Of a stretch of DNA of 55,998 nucleotides, positions 22,686 through 35,980 are shown one piece after another (position 1 is the stretch's first letter; every line of letters starts with the position of its first letter). The notes under the pieces are model-generated. The model had not been told where the DNA came from. It saw only the letters and a program-made list of their open reading frames with translations, and ran no database searches. The position numbers and the translations under genes are program-made. The stretch comes from Perkinsus olseni (taxonomy: Eukaryota), in contig JABANN010000181.1 of NCBI GenBank assembly GCA_013115125.1, forward strand, positions 1 through 55,998, in the 5' to 3' direction.

Positions 22686-22929
22686 CTCAACAACATCACC
22701 ATTACCATTACTGTAGCTATATTACTAACAAAAATAATAATATCGTCATCATCATCGTCATCATCATCACTACGTCAGAACTCAATCCCCTTTATCATTT
22801 CGACTGCTCGACGTGTTGCGTTGCTAGTGAAGAATCTTAGGTTGAAGGGTGAAGATACCAGAGAGGTCAAACAGAGCACCTGTGCGTATGCAATTCGTCA
22901 CACTCTTCAAAGCTTCTTTTTGAGACCGA

Positions 22930-25212
22930 ATGTTACAAAGTCCGGCCAAGTACATAGTAGGGTCGCGGGAGGACCACCCACCTGCTGACGGGCAGCACAG
23001 CCGACCGAACTCCCTCCCTCGGTCGCTACAGTGCGGAGACATCGTCAGGGGCGGCGGAGCCGATGGGGATGCCTACAAGATCACGAGGGTGTTGGGCCAA
23101 GGAGCGTACGGTCAGGTGATGGCTATTCGGCTGTTGGTGGCGACAGGAAGTGCCGGGGCAGGTTTTCGTGGTGGAGTCCTCACTGGACAAAAAACTGTAC
23201 TGCTTGAAGCGAGTGGGCCTGCGGGAGGTCGACCATTGTCAACGGGAGCAAGTGAAGCAGGAAGTGCATCTACTGGAGACTCTCAAGGGCCATCCCAACA
23301 TTGTGTGGTAGTACTCGAGATCCCCTCGGCCGATCATACTGCTGCTCAGCCACAAGGAGTCCTTCGTCACACCAGACGACGCTATCTGCATAGTTATGGA
23401 GTAGGGCTGGCTTCGGCCTCCCTGGCTCGACCATCGTGCTCAGGTACTGCTCTTCGGGGGACCTGGGCGCCCACATTCAGAGCCTTTGGGGTGGCGGATC
23501 GCCTCCAACAGGACTGGAGGACCTAGCCGTGGACTGGCTGATTCAGATGTGCTTCGCCCTGCAGGCGCTGCACTCTCGCCGGGTGGGCTAGTGGCGGCCT
23601 CGGAGGTGGCCATCGCTGCATCCACAGGTCCTTCACCGGGACGTGAAAACCGAGAATATCTTCCTCATGCGCCCTTCCGCCCCTGGACAAGGCAGCCTGG
23701 TGCTCAAGCTCGGGGACTTCGGAGTTAGCAAGGTAATAGGGCAGACCGGGGCATAGACAGCGGCCCTCTGGACAGATGCTGGGGAGCCCCTCGTCGGACC
23801 CGCTGCTCTCTAGGGCAGCTCTAGCGACTACTATGATCGGGACGCCGGTCTACATGTCCCCGGAGATGTACAAAGGGAAGTCTTACAGCTTCGAGTCGGA
23901 CGTCTGGGGCCTCGGTTGTGTCCTCTACGAGGCACTCCATGGGCGATATGCCTTCGAGGCGGACAGCCTGCAAGGGTTGGCCCTGAAGATCACGCAGGGC
24001 CACTACGGCCGCATGACGTGTAGTGAGGGCATGCAGGAGCTCGTATCCTTGATGCTGTGCGAGAGTCCCAAGAACCGGCCCAGTCTGCAGGCGATCCTCG
24101 CACTGCCCATCGTACGGACGAGAATCATACCGACTTTGAAGGGTGTTTGCTCATGTGTCGAGTCCCACGCCGGAGCTAGGGCGGCCCAAGAGGCTTATGA
24201 AACGCTGTTGGCCCAGCTGGACTCCATGGGACTGGGGCGAATTGTGGAGCCAGAGGCCAGCTTGCCGAGCACAAGGGCTGCGGAGCTTCGGCGCCCAGCT
24301 GAGAAAGAGAAGATGAGGACGGAAAGGGAACTGGTTGAAGACCTACAGGAAAAGCTACGCACGACAGCTACGGGCAGGCTGTCGAGGGGCGTCTCAGCTC
24401 GGCTCAGGGGTGCCCGATCGGAGTCACGCGACAGAGGGGGAGCGTACGAACCGGTACCGTACCGGCCGGGGAGGGGGGACAGTCGGACCGGTGGTCAGGA
24501 TGTGGCCGGCCTGACGTACTTGCTAGAGTACGAGCATATTAGCAAGGAGAATCTGGCCAACCCGTTCAAGCCGGTTCGACCGCCTGTGGTCAACTCCCCA
24601 CAAGGCTCCAAGAAGGTTCGCCCTCTGCCAGCCTCTCCGTCCTCTACCGGGCGTGTAGACCCCGCAGCAGCCAGCAGGCATGAGAAACCCTCTATGCATG
24701 ACTTGGGCATGGTCCACCAGTCCTCCTCCTTCACCGCTCGCTGTGGCAGACCAGCTGCGCCCGATGCTCGACCACCATCCGAGGTCCCGATCGAAGCCAT
24801 GAACTTGGAGAGAAGTACTCCAGCGGGACCCGTTCGCCGCCCTCGAGGGCACGAGGCAGTGCCGATGCTGCCGCGGTCACGCTTGCGGGCTGCCAGCGTG
24901 GATCCGCTCCCTTCAGGGTCATCACCGAACCGATGGGGTGCGCGGGCTGGGGAACAGCCTCGCCTGCGGCCGCTGGATGAGCGCGAACGAACCCCAGTGG
25001 AAGAGGACGAGCGGAGACGAAGGGAAATCAACAGCATCCTTAGGAAGGTGCATAGAAGGCGGATGGCGTTGCGGAAACAGAACATGGAGATCCGGATGCA
25101 TCAGTACTCTCTCGGCTACGAGGAGTCACCGGCGGACTTCATAACGGGCGGTATGGCTCATCCCCGGGGCGAGTTCGAGTCCAGTAGAGTACGGGCAACA
25201 GAGGAGGGATAA
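22930..25212 (+). CDS. NIMA-related (NEK) Ser/Thr kinase, multi-exon
   Basis: LGQGAYG, YCLK, HPNIV, CIVMEYC, WLIQMCFALQALH, LHRDVKTENIFL, KLGDFGVSK, TMIGTPVYMSPE, DVWGLGCVLYE. Confidence 0.92.
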
Positions 25213-25439
25213 CTATTGCTGGGGCTAGGTAGTGCCGTGGGTGCCCTGATGACCATGTCCGCTCGTACAAGTCTCGTTGGGCTATCATGCCTCTCTGTGG
25301 GGCTTGCGTTTTGTTAATGGGGGTGGCGGTTTCCGCTGAGAGATTCGACCCCCTGGTCCGGTCGATTGACGGCCGTATCGTTGTTGCTAGAGTCCTCCCA
25401 GTGGTTGCTCCCTACTATGGCAGGCTGCTGTCCAGGAGC

Positions 25440-26567
25440 ATGACGTCGGGTCTCATTGTTCCCGTAGAGGTTGTCGAGCTCATCGCCGACTACTCCTTGC
25501 GGATAGGCCTCGGCTTCGTGCTCAATCTCAGTGCCACGTGTCGCCATTTCGCCGCTTACCTCCGGAAGCCTGCGGTCGCCGTACAAGTTGTTCAGACCAT
25601 TCAAGTAAGCAGCTCCACGCTCGCTGAGTCAGCGCAGCTCATCTGCCAGGCCCTCCTGCTGCCAGCCTCAGTCATCCGTCAACTGCCAGCGGCAACCTCG
25701 GATACCCTATCGGATTGGCTGGGCTTCCTCAGACGCCAGCAAGCCTTGCAGAGCATATTTTCCCGACAAGTCTTCAACGGTCAGCGCCGTTCGCAGTCCC
25801 TGGTGGATCTGCACATCCCGCGGCCTCCAACCTGCAATTCCGAAGGGGAGTGGATCCCCACCCCAACCTATGGCCTCCTCTCACGAATAACGGAGGTGCG
25901 ACTCCGACCGATCTCGGCTGACAACAGCGGTCGTTTCGAAGCGACTGAGTACAGTAGAATAGAAAGACTTGAGTGGCTCGAGCATGAAGGGACCGCTAAT
26001 GAAGTGGTGAAAAGGTGGTACTACTTCGCCACCACAGCCTTTTCGACGCTTGCTGCGCTCAGGTCCCAGCATCGACTCTGCCGCACACCAGCGGGTGCTC
26101 TTTATCTTCCATTAAAGCTTGGAGAGCCGCTCAGTGAGTCCTTCAGTGACATCCGATGGATCGTAGTCAACTGCGACGTCCGTTTCGACCGATCCATATG
26201 CAGCGCGACCCACTCCGCCGCCAGCAAGGTTGTCGAGCAGGATTTCCGAAGTCCGCAGATGGAAAGTTTCGGCGGAAAGATACTTTGCGGTTCCCGTGGC
26301 AACGACGACTACCTCTACATGGTGGACCCCGCGGAGGCTAGCCTATCAGGCTACTTCGTCATCGTCTACCTCTCACAGGACCTCACACAGCAGAGTGACC
26401 TCATACTGTTCAAGCGTGATGGTAAACTGATACTGTCTATGGGACGGACGCTCGAGGCGGCGGTTGGTACAGAGTGTTTAGCGTTGCTCAAGTGTCGGAT
26501 GCTGAAGAGGCGGCCGGAGGAGCTTCTGGAGCTGCCGGAAAATATTAGATTCGTCGATCTTGAGTGA
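25440..26567 (+). CDS. Hypothetical protein with N-terminal F-box-like motif, intronless (ORF open from 25287)
   Basis: LIVPVEVVELIADYS...VLNLSATCRHF resembles the F-box consensus. The rest is unrecognised. Confidence 0.55.
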   Translation: MTSGLIVPVEVVELIADYSLRIGLGFVLNLSATCRHFAAYLRKPAVAVQVVQTIQVSSSTLAESAQLICQALLLPASVIRQLPAATSDTLSDWLGFLRRQQALQSIFSRQVFNGQRRSQSLVDLHIPRPPTCNSEGEWIPTPTYGLLSRITEVRLRPISADNSGRFEATEYSRIERLEWLEHEGTANEVVKRWYYFATTAFSTLAALRSQHRLCRTPAGALYLPLKLGEPLSESFSDIRWIVVNCDVRFDRSICSATHSAASKVVEQDFRSPQMESFGGKILCGSRGNDDYLYMVDPAEASLSGYFVIVYLSQDLTQQSDLILFKRDGKLILSMGRTLEAAVGTECLALLKCRMLKRRPEELLELPENIRFVDLE

Positions 26568-26857
26568 TGACCGTGATTCACCATCATGGTCTGCTATTAT
26601 ATATTATCTAAGGAGGGTTTAGTTCAGTCAGGGTTGGTGGCAGACTCCCGTTTGGCGAGTGGATAATTTGGCGAAGGTGTGGTATGAAGCACACACTAAC
26701 TTGCGAGAGCATTTCACGGTGCATTGAAGGTTAGACATTACTCTTCGTCATTCCTGCGGTATCGCTGTGAATGCTTTGATTGATCGGCCCTCCACAACGT
26801 CACGATGTAACTTGTCTGTAATATCGCCAACAACACATCAAGAGCCCATCAGAAACA

Positions 26858-29242
26858 TCAAGATGGGTGACGATCATGATCGGGAACATCCCCATCCGTA
26901 GCGCTTTCATCAGCCACAGTCTCACTATATGACTTAGCCTCTTTCTTCCCACTCGCCAAGTGAGCGAATTGATCGAGTATGACGTCGGTGCGCTTTTCCG
27001 TGTCACCAGGCCACATATACTCGCTGACGCACAGGACCCGGTAGCCTTTGGTGCGAAGCGCCTGCAGCTCAGCGTATTTCGCAGCTGTTACGGTGTGTCG
27101 ACGCTTTTTCATCGTTTGTGAGGCGAGAGCGTCCGAGTAGTGGTACCTGAAGGTAGATGATGCTGATCACCGTGAGCCCCTTCCCTACCAGGTCTTATGG
27201 CCGTTCGGAAGGGCCTCCAGAATGACCCAGTCGTCGGGGCCGAGGGCAGGCGCTTTGGGAACCTCCACCTCTACATCGTAATCTCCATCCGCCATTGCTG
27301 CCCGTCTCTGCGCGAAAGCAGCGACTTGCAGAGGAGCTATCACAGCTAACGATACGACAGGTCCCGCGGTCACCGCGGCCTCCCTCACTTCAACCCCTGT
27401 CCAGTTCTGCCGTATGTGGTCCAGCAGGGCCATCTCGAAGGCGCACCTCGGCCGGTTGGCCTGTACCGGTGGGGCTGATGCTCCCATGGATTTCCCCACA
27501 TCAGTGAGGGCGAAGAGGCCCAAGGCTGACGCCACTTCCGGGTCCTTTCTTGCCGCCCGTCGGGCCTGGGCGAGCGCGGGCTGCAACGTGTCGGCCGTCA
27601 TGGTGTCAGGCTGGCGACCGGGAGGTTGCAGTGCAAACAGCGCGGCCGAATACAGGAGTGACGCTGCCGCTGAGGACTGAGTGGAGCTCCAGTCGGCATT
27701 CTGAGCGGCTATGTAGACCCCTAGGTGATCTGCAACGGTTGGTAGAGACAGACGGGCCAAAGCTGAGGCGAGCATCGACAGGATCGGTGGCGGCAAATCT
27801 GGCAGGGGGTAGAGGGTGCTGTTGCAAACATGAACCCAATGGGTGTCGCGGATGCCCAGCCTCGAGTACACGCTGAGCGCGTGAATGACCACCTCAGGAG
27901 GCGGCACTCCTTCGTTTTTGGCCTTGAACTTGAGCAGGCAGGTGAGGAGACACTCTCGGGCTTCCCAGGTTGGCGAGTCCTCCAGGACCACGCCGGCCAG
28001 ATGACAGACTTGCTCGAACGTCAGGAACCTCGCGGAGTCTCCGCGAATCAGCCGATAGAAAATCGTTGACTCAACCTTTCCGTGCTCATCGAAGCTTGGA
28101 TTCTGACGTAGGAGCCTGAGAATCTCCAGGCACGACGCCGGTGTGAAGTGGCGGATCCTATACAGTATCTCAGGCAGGAGCTTCCTCGTCTCAATGACAG
28201 GCAACTGTGCCGTATACCGCATGAACCTGACGATGTCGCACGGTTTCATCTTGGCCGTCAACTCCTCTATGCGGCCATTGAGGGCGGGTATCAGACTGGG
28301 TGGTACCAACCCATTGGCCTCGAGCTCCTTGGGCGACTGCCGATAGACATTGACCACAGCCAGCATGACGTGAGCTACATCCATGTTGTTGAAGACTCTC
28401 TCCTTATTAATATTCTCCACCACCTGTTTGAAGAGCATTTTCAAAACCGGGCGGTGCGTTATCGTCAGCGGTTTGGTCGTTTCTTGCTGCTCCTCACCGT
28501 CATACTCCTCGAAGGGCTCGTCTTCCTCCCCTTCATCATCACCATCTCGATCCTCATCCTCGGTGGCCTCTTCCAGTCCTGCACTCCCGAGAGGACTAAA
28601 GCCGTGTAGCAGCAGCGACAGCGTATGCCCGTCCGTCAGCTTGGGGATCCTCGCTGTTATCTCACTGGCAACGCTGCTCCTTGCAGCCTCCATCTGTGTA
28701 GCACTCACGCTCAGTCGTGCCAATGAATGAAGGAAAAGGGCGATATCGTTGGGAGATGCCGCATGCCTGTCCGTCCCAGAGATCCGCCGGAGCCCCATGG
28801 TGAGAAGCTCGTCAACCCAGCGCTTGTCACCGCCGAGGCGCATCTTGGCACCGGCGTTGAGGGCCATCACTACGTCTCGGAAGGACATCTTGTAGTTCAC
28901 GTTGTTGCCCTTCCGGACTACTTCATCCAGCAGGAAGCGAGCCAGGGCTGGGGAGCGGCTCTTCCCCAGGGCAGTGGCGTCGAGAATAAGGCAGAGGTCG
29001 GTGACGAGGAGCTCGCTGCGGAGGGCTGCGGCTCGGAACATGTATGCCTCCCAAAGGTCCTTCTTCCAGATATGCTCCCGAGCTACTTTCTGCATACTCC
29101 GCCGAAGCTCGACGGGAGCCATCTTGTAAACTGCCCCGACAGGGGGAGCCCCTCGGAGCATCAGCCGCTTGTTTGCAGCGAGGGCGGCCTTGGGGTTCTT
29201 TCGCGCCTTGCCGATCATCTTGGGAACGACCGAGGCCATCAT
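26858..29242 (-). CDS. Helical-repeat protein with C-terminal RAP domain (organellar RNA-binding), one intron near 27150-27188
   Basis: Repeats such as SPNDIALFLHSLARL and PPPILSMLASALARL. The tail WVILEAL...YHY...LQALRTKGYRVLCVSEYMW fits the RAP pattern. Confidence 0.72.
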
Positions 29243-29358
29243 GGCGAGAAATAACTGGCAGAGAGCATCGATCTCTGTGAGGGAGCCCACAAAACGCATT
29301 TGGGCGCCGTTAAAAATTTGATCAAAATTCATGGTAAAAATGACGACAGACGACACCT

Positions 29359-32300
29359 CTATTTGGCCGAGTCGAAGTTGAGAGACGCTAGTAAATCATC
29401 AGAAGCGAAGCTGGGTAGCCTGAGGAAGGTCCGAAGATTCTCACCAGCGAAAGACAGGCCAACTTACGTGACATTGAGCTTCGGGTTGGCCTTCATGGCC
29501 TCAGTGATACCCACTCGAGCGTTGGCATTCTCGCTCCAGCACCTGCACAGGGCGGGGTCTCCTACTGAGATGTAATGATCGCCCACCTGCGGGCCATCCC
29601 GTTGGTGACGTCCCATTGGAGCATCGCTCGCGCTCGACGTTCAGCGTCGGCACTGCCATCCAGGACGAGACCAAAACCACCGTTAATAACCTACAGGAGC
29701 GTGGACGGATCCTAGAGAGCACGCAGGAGAGGCTACTTCGCCCCAGCCAACTCCACCACCGTTGTGCAGAGCAACCCAAGTGGCCCCTCGGCACGCGTTG
29801 CCAGCAAAGGTGTGGACGGCCATGTCCGCGGTGAAACGACTACCATCGATGATGTTGGCCGTTTCGCGATATGGAGAGTCCGTCCCTAAGGCAAGATATC
29901 TCCCGAAGGCCGACGATGTCCTACACCTTACCCGACACATCATGGTGGTCCCGACTGATCGCCACGGGGCCGTGCAGCCTGCCAGAGGCAACAGCGTTGT
30001 TCATGGCCACCGCTATGGCCATTCTTCCGGGGCAGTCAGCGTAGAGGATACGGGCTTGGGAGCCTACTACCATCGTGAGGCACCGCTACGGGCAGCCGAG
30101 GAGACCTCACCGACGACTAGCTTGTTGGGCCCGGCAGTTCTGATCCAAGTGAGATTGTCTCGGTAGTGGCTGATGCTCTCCATCGGTACGTCATCGCCTT
30201 TCATCAAACGCTCGAGCTCCTCTGCGGCGATGCGGTCGGTGGTCTCAAGATCGGCAGGGTTGTTGGAGAGGCAAACCCAACGGTAAGGGCCGAAACCGAG
30301 AGAGAAGACGTCACCCATGATGTCCTCGAAGTACGACGGGTATCTGGACGCTCCATGGCATACTGGTATTTTTCATCTTATACGGGATTTAAATGCAACC
30401 AAGTCACTAACGATGATACAATGGTGGAAATCTTAATGAGTATCAATAGATAGTGATAGGAAGGAAATGGAGAAGTTGTGATACAGATACAAAGCATTGA
30501 CAGAGTACAGGGCAGATGAACAGAGCCAGCCATCGCAGAGCGGACCATCGACCCACCTGAACTCTCCGGTCGATTTATCCTTCACAACATCAGCTCCGGC
30601 TCGACTGGCTTGTAGTAGGAATGCATTACCGTAGTCCCAGAAGCGCATGCCTCGAGCTGCCAGCTTGTTAACGGCCGCTACGTGACGAACTAGCGACTCC
30701 TCCACCAGGGATTTGAACTGAGCGGGGTCCTTGGCGAGGATCTCGTTACCCTGACGAAGAAGCGCAAATAGACGAACAGACGAACGCTTTCCGATTTCTA
30801 CTTTGTCATAGGATACGCCGGCTGGGTAGTAGCCGCCACCAAAGGGGTTGTGAAGGCTAGTCTGGTCGGAGCCCAAGTCGGGAGTCAGACCAGCGTCCAC
30901 CAGGGCCTCCCACAGGTCCACCACATTGCCAAGGTAACCGAGAGAGACGGGGCGTTGGGCGGCGAGCGCCTCCTTGGCCAACTCGATCACTTCCGAGGCG
31001 TCCCTTCGGTACTCGTCCAGCCACCCTTGATTGACACTGGCAGACGTTAAGACATCATCGAGGCCTCGAGGCCCTTCATCCTCACCGCTTCATTAGTGCC
31101 GCCTCCGATACCTCTGCCGTTATTGAGACTGCCCGGCAGATCTTGGCAGCCTTCGGTTGAGCGCCACTCATGCCTCCCAGGCCTGCTGTTACGAACAGCT
31201 TCCCTGAGTAATGAAGGGTCCGCAACCATAACACGCGCTCTTACTACCCTTGAGGTCCTCGACGCTAAGATAGAGCCTGCCAGCGTTGAACAAAGTGATG
31301 GCCGTACCGTGGACGATGCCCTGACTGCCGATGTAGCAGTAGCTGCCAGCGGTCATTTGGCCGAACTGGGTAACACCCATAGCGAACCTAAGGAGCTGTG
31401 CTTGGCGGCATTGTTGGTGAGTGAGAGAGCTGACATCTTGTTGTAGTCCTCAACACTGGAGTAGTTAGGGATGACCATACCGTTGCTGATGATCACCCTG
31501 GGAGCATCGGCATGGCTGGGGAAAAGCCCCATGGGGTGGCCCGAGTACCTGAAATACCGTAACTACCGTCGAAATAGAGCAGGGTAGGGCGTTGCTACAT
31601 AGCGAGAGTCTGATCTCCCTCCATGGTCTGCAGGTAGTGCATCGTGAGGTGGTACTGAGCCCAGTTCTGAAATACTGTCCCGTTGCCTCCGTAAGTGACA
31701 AGCTCATGGGGAAACTGCGCGACATCAGCGTCTAGATTGTTCTGAATCATCAGCATTATTGCAGCGGTCTGACGGCACCTGATGCAGTACAAGAACACGG
31801 CACAAACGACAATAAGGGAGTCATCAGCTTCGCCGGGGTTCACTTTGCCGGGTAGTGGTCGATTGGACGGGCGAAAACAGGCTCAACGGGCCGAAAACGA
31901 TACCTAATGGCGGAGCAGCAGAAGCCGGACTTGGAAGGACATCCCTCATCGGCTTCGACCTATCAAGTAGCGCACGAAAAATATTGAAGCCTACATTCTG
32001 CCGCTATCGGTGCTAAGGCAGCGGCGAAGAAGCTTCCACCGCCGGTTGCCTAGGCCGCCTGTACCGGGACTATCAACTCCCCACACTGTCATGCCAGAAT
32101 AAATCCCATACGAGCATCCACTGGTGGGTATTACATATAAATGTGGCCGTATGCGTCAAGCTCCCGAGCAAACTCCGTGGCCAGTTCGGCATGGCATCTC
32201 TCAGGGAAGTAACGCAAAGCGTTCTTAACAGCTCGACGACACTCAGCCGGAGTGAGGGCGTGGGGCCTACGAGGGGCGTGAGGGACCTGCCCGTCATCAC

Positions 32301-32455
32301 GTGAGCTCTATCGCGAGGAGGACTACTCCTACGGATGGATCTCTCTGAAAATTGAACTTGGGAGGCAGAGGTTCGACTTGAAGACCGGGGAAGTCCAGGG
32401 TCAACTTCGGCTGCTTATCAGCATGAACTGCTGCTGCAGAGGGGTCAAACGGCAT
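29359..32455 (-). CDS. UROC1: Urocanate hydratase (long UROC1-type), multi-exon
   Basis: [117 protein letters not shown]. Confidence 0.97.
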
Positions 32456-32699
32456 TGTGAACGGGAGTCTACTACGCGGGCAGCGGCAAGGACGTCATGG
32501 AAGCGTCGCTCAAGCGAGACGAGGGAGCGGACGAGCTCTACTGTAACCTAAGCATGGGGTGAGGGAGACATTTATAAAAATTTGTGAACCTTTATCCAGG
32601 GAGAAACTTATTGAAGCTCCGCTTGAATAACTTATCCCTTACGATGATCGCCACCTCGGGCTGATCGGCAGACTGAAAGCTGCGCTGCGGGGAGAGCGG

Positions 32700-35600
32700 T
32701 CAGAGGTTTCGGCAGAGAGTTAAAACTTGTCCCCTCGACATCATGTCGATAGGGGAGACCTCATCGATCTGGCTAGCCTCCCTTTGTTTCAAATAGGGCT
32801 CCACAACTTCCCATACCGCACCAGACCTAACGTCGTGAACTTCCGAAGATGCCCCGCTCTGGGCAGACTCACCTAATGAGGTCGGTCACTTTGTCAATGT
32901 CAGGCGCCAAGTAGCGATCCTCATCGTAAGGCTCAACGCCGGCTGATCGCACCAAGTCATACACAGCCTCCAAGGGGGCAGTGCTGCGGCAGGGTCTATG
33001 AAATTCCAAGGCCTGCGAGATGAGAATCTTTCGACGCGTATCTTGCCACCTTCGACCTACTTGACAAGCGGCCATGAGCTCGATAGCGATGACAACTTCA
33101 ACATTGGAGATGACCTCAAGGCATTTCCTAGCCGAATACCCTCCCATAGACACATGGTCTTCCTTGGCCGCAGAGGTCGAAAGCGTATCGACGGACGAGG
33201 GGTGGCAGAGCACCTGAGCAAAGATTTCCGCTCTGAACGACGGCGATTGCCCCGAACCTTGTTCTCGCTGGTCAGCGCTGCAGCTGTGCAATGGGCGATC
33301 ATGAAGCCAGAGTTGAGTCCGCCGTTCTGGACCAGAAAAGCTGGTAGGTTGGACAGGGCCGGATTGACCAGCCGCTCCATGCGGCGCTCTGAGATGTTCG
33401 CTAGCTCCTGTATGCCGATCGCCAGGTAGTCCAAGGCCTTGGCTGGGTACCTAAAACGAGGGGTCTGTGGGGAGGAGCAGCAGCACAGAGGGCCTACTCG
33501 CCGTGGAAGTTGCCTCCCGAGATGATGAAGCCACTGGTACCGAGCAGCAATGTCTCCATGAGATGCGTCTAAGAGGAAAAGTGATCGGCGATGGCTCTGG
33601 TGCGGGGGCCTACGTTGAGGGCTGTGTTCTCCTGTTTAAAGTTCTTGAGCAAAGCGCGCATCTTCTGGATCTCCTTGCGGGCGTCATTCAAGTCGGATAT
33701 GTCACTGGCGTCATCAGGGCCGTCCAGTAATGGGAACTACAACAGCATCTAGCACCATGATAAACCTAAGATACTCCTGGCCGACTACACTGTCATCGAA
33801 GCTGGTACTGTTCTCTTGAGAAGGAGGGATGGGGCTGAGAGGCGTTGCACAGACTGGCGTGGTAGCAGCACTACCTGCAACAGCGGCAGAACTCCGGTCA
33901 ACCTTGAACGCAGCTCACCCAGTCTTACCCTTCAAGGTCGAGCTGGCGTCACCAGAATGGCCTCTGCCACGGGTGCCAGCGGGGGCCTTAGCACTACCGG
34001 TCGGATAGAAATCCGCGCCGCCCGTGAAAATCATGGGGTTATCAGTAGCAGAGTTGAGCTCGACGTCCAGCAGGCGCTTAACAAACTCGATGGTTTCAAA
34101 AACAACGCCGTGGACCTGCACACCAGCATAGTCGAGGAGGAGAGGCGAGGCGATCAACCAACTTCGAGTGAGAGTATTGGTCATCAGTTTGCTGACCTGA
34201 GGAACACAGCGCAGAGTGTAGGCATCCTGCACTTTCCCGCTGTAGCGGTGGCTGTCGAAAAGGTCGGAGGGCTTCTCAGGCTCGAGTAGGCCGCGTATCC
34301 TAGAGGCCACCAGGTTCTGGCCGCAGTGTGGCCTCGCCGCGTGGATCTTCGGGTGGAAGGCATTATGAGTACCTACAAGAGCAACTCATTTCTCTTAGAG
34401 CCGAAGACAGTACCGCACCCATGAGGGCTTCCAAAGTAATAGCGCAGGTGACGTCAGCGCATCTCGCCACGTTGATCGACCTCATGACGGCTTCACAGCC
34501 CAAGCTGGAGATCAGCTGTGTTCCGTTGATCAGCGCTAATCCTTCCTTTGGACCCAGCTCCAGTGGCTCGAGTCCGTGTCTGAGAGCGCAGCATGACAGG
34601 AAGGGTAACCACAGAGCTGAAGGGACCTCTGAAGGACCTCTCCTGCGGGCTTGGGGTCGGTCGATTGGGGCTCCCACATGAGCCCTTCCCCCAGTAGGCC
34701 CAGGCACAGGTGGGCGAGCGGGGCTAGGTCACCGGAGGCACCAACGGTACCTGAACCGCGCGTAGCAGATACGTCGGCAACACTAGTGGCGACCGGTCAC
34801 CTTGACAGGGCACCACTGACAGGCAATCCTCGTTGAACGCTGCGAGCATCTTCTCCACGGTTTCAGGTCTAGCTCCCGAATGGCCGCAGGCAATGACGTT
34901 GACACGGAGAGCCAGCAGCATCCTCGTTCTCTCACGGGAGAGAGGGGGTCCAACACCAGCCGCATGCGAACGAATAAGATTAACCTGCAGGAGTGAACCC
35001 GGATACTGCAATCAGAGCGGCTACTGTATATTGTATACTGCGAAATTATATTAAAGAGGTATCATCTCTAGAGATTACTCAGTATTGGCATGATTTGTTC
35101 ATTAAGTATATCAGTATTTATCGTACGTTAGATGCTCTGTGAATATTAGTATATAATGATGAGATCTGAACTACATATTATTAAGGCCCACCTGCAATTG
35201 GGATAGCTGGTCCGGCGCTACGATAACGTCGGAGAACATACCGAAGCCGGTGTTGATGCCGTAGGCCACTTCCTTCTTGTCGAGTATTTGGTCGATCACA
35301 TGACGCCCTCTGTTGACCTTACAACTGTGACGGTACTGAGCAGGACGCTGGTGATCTTTCTCATGGTACTTTGTCCCAGGCTGCCGGGGAGAGGGTGAGC
35401 TCGACGTTGCCCTTAGACAGCTCCATCAGCTTCTCACAGGTCAGGCTATGGCCGTCCAAAACGCATATCTGAGCATCCAACTCACCCGACAGAGCTACGG
35501 CTGGTTCGTAGCGATGGGACTAGGCAAAAGCAGGCGACGAGTTGAAGCAGTTATTCTCTTGCAAATGACCCCGTGTAACCGAGAGAGACGAGCAAATGCG

Positions 35601-35718
35601 GTAGTATGCGTTTAATGAAGAGTAGTACTTATGTCTCACTTACGGTCCTTTCAGGAGCCCGATTCGAAACAACCGCTACGCCATCGCCGCCCCTAGTCGC
35701 TGTGACTGCGTTAGGCAT
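32700..35718 (-). CDS. HAL: Histidine ammonia-lyase (histidase), multi-exon
   Basis: [33 protein letters not shown] (MIO-forming ASG), [53 protein letters not shown]. Confidence 0.97.
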
Positions 35719-35980
35719 GACAGCAGATGACGGAGACGAAACTCTCTTCATCAATGACAGGCTCATGACGAGTTTCGTATCACGCACGAGTCAACAAAAG
35801 ATACGCCCCCATTTAAGATTGATGTTACTAACACTAGACCAAGCATCCAATTTAACCACCACAATGAGATCTATTTAGCTTCATGGCATCACCGCTTCAC
35901 GACAGCCTCCACCGTCGTCGACAGCCACCAAAAACTGACGAGTGAAAACGAGGTCTAAACAATAGCGTTGGGAAGGAGCT

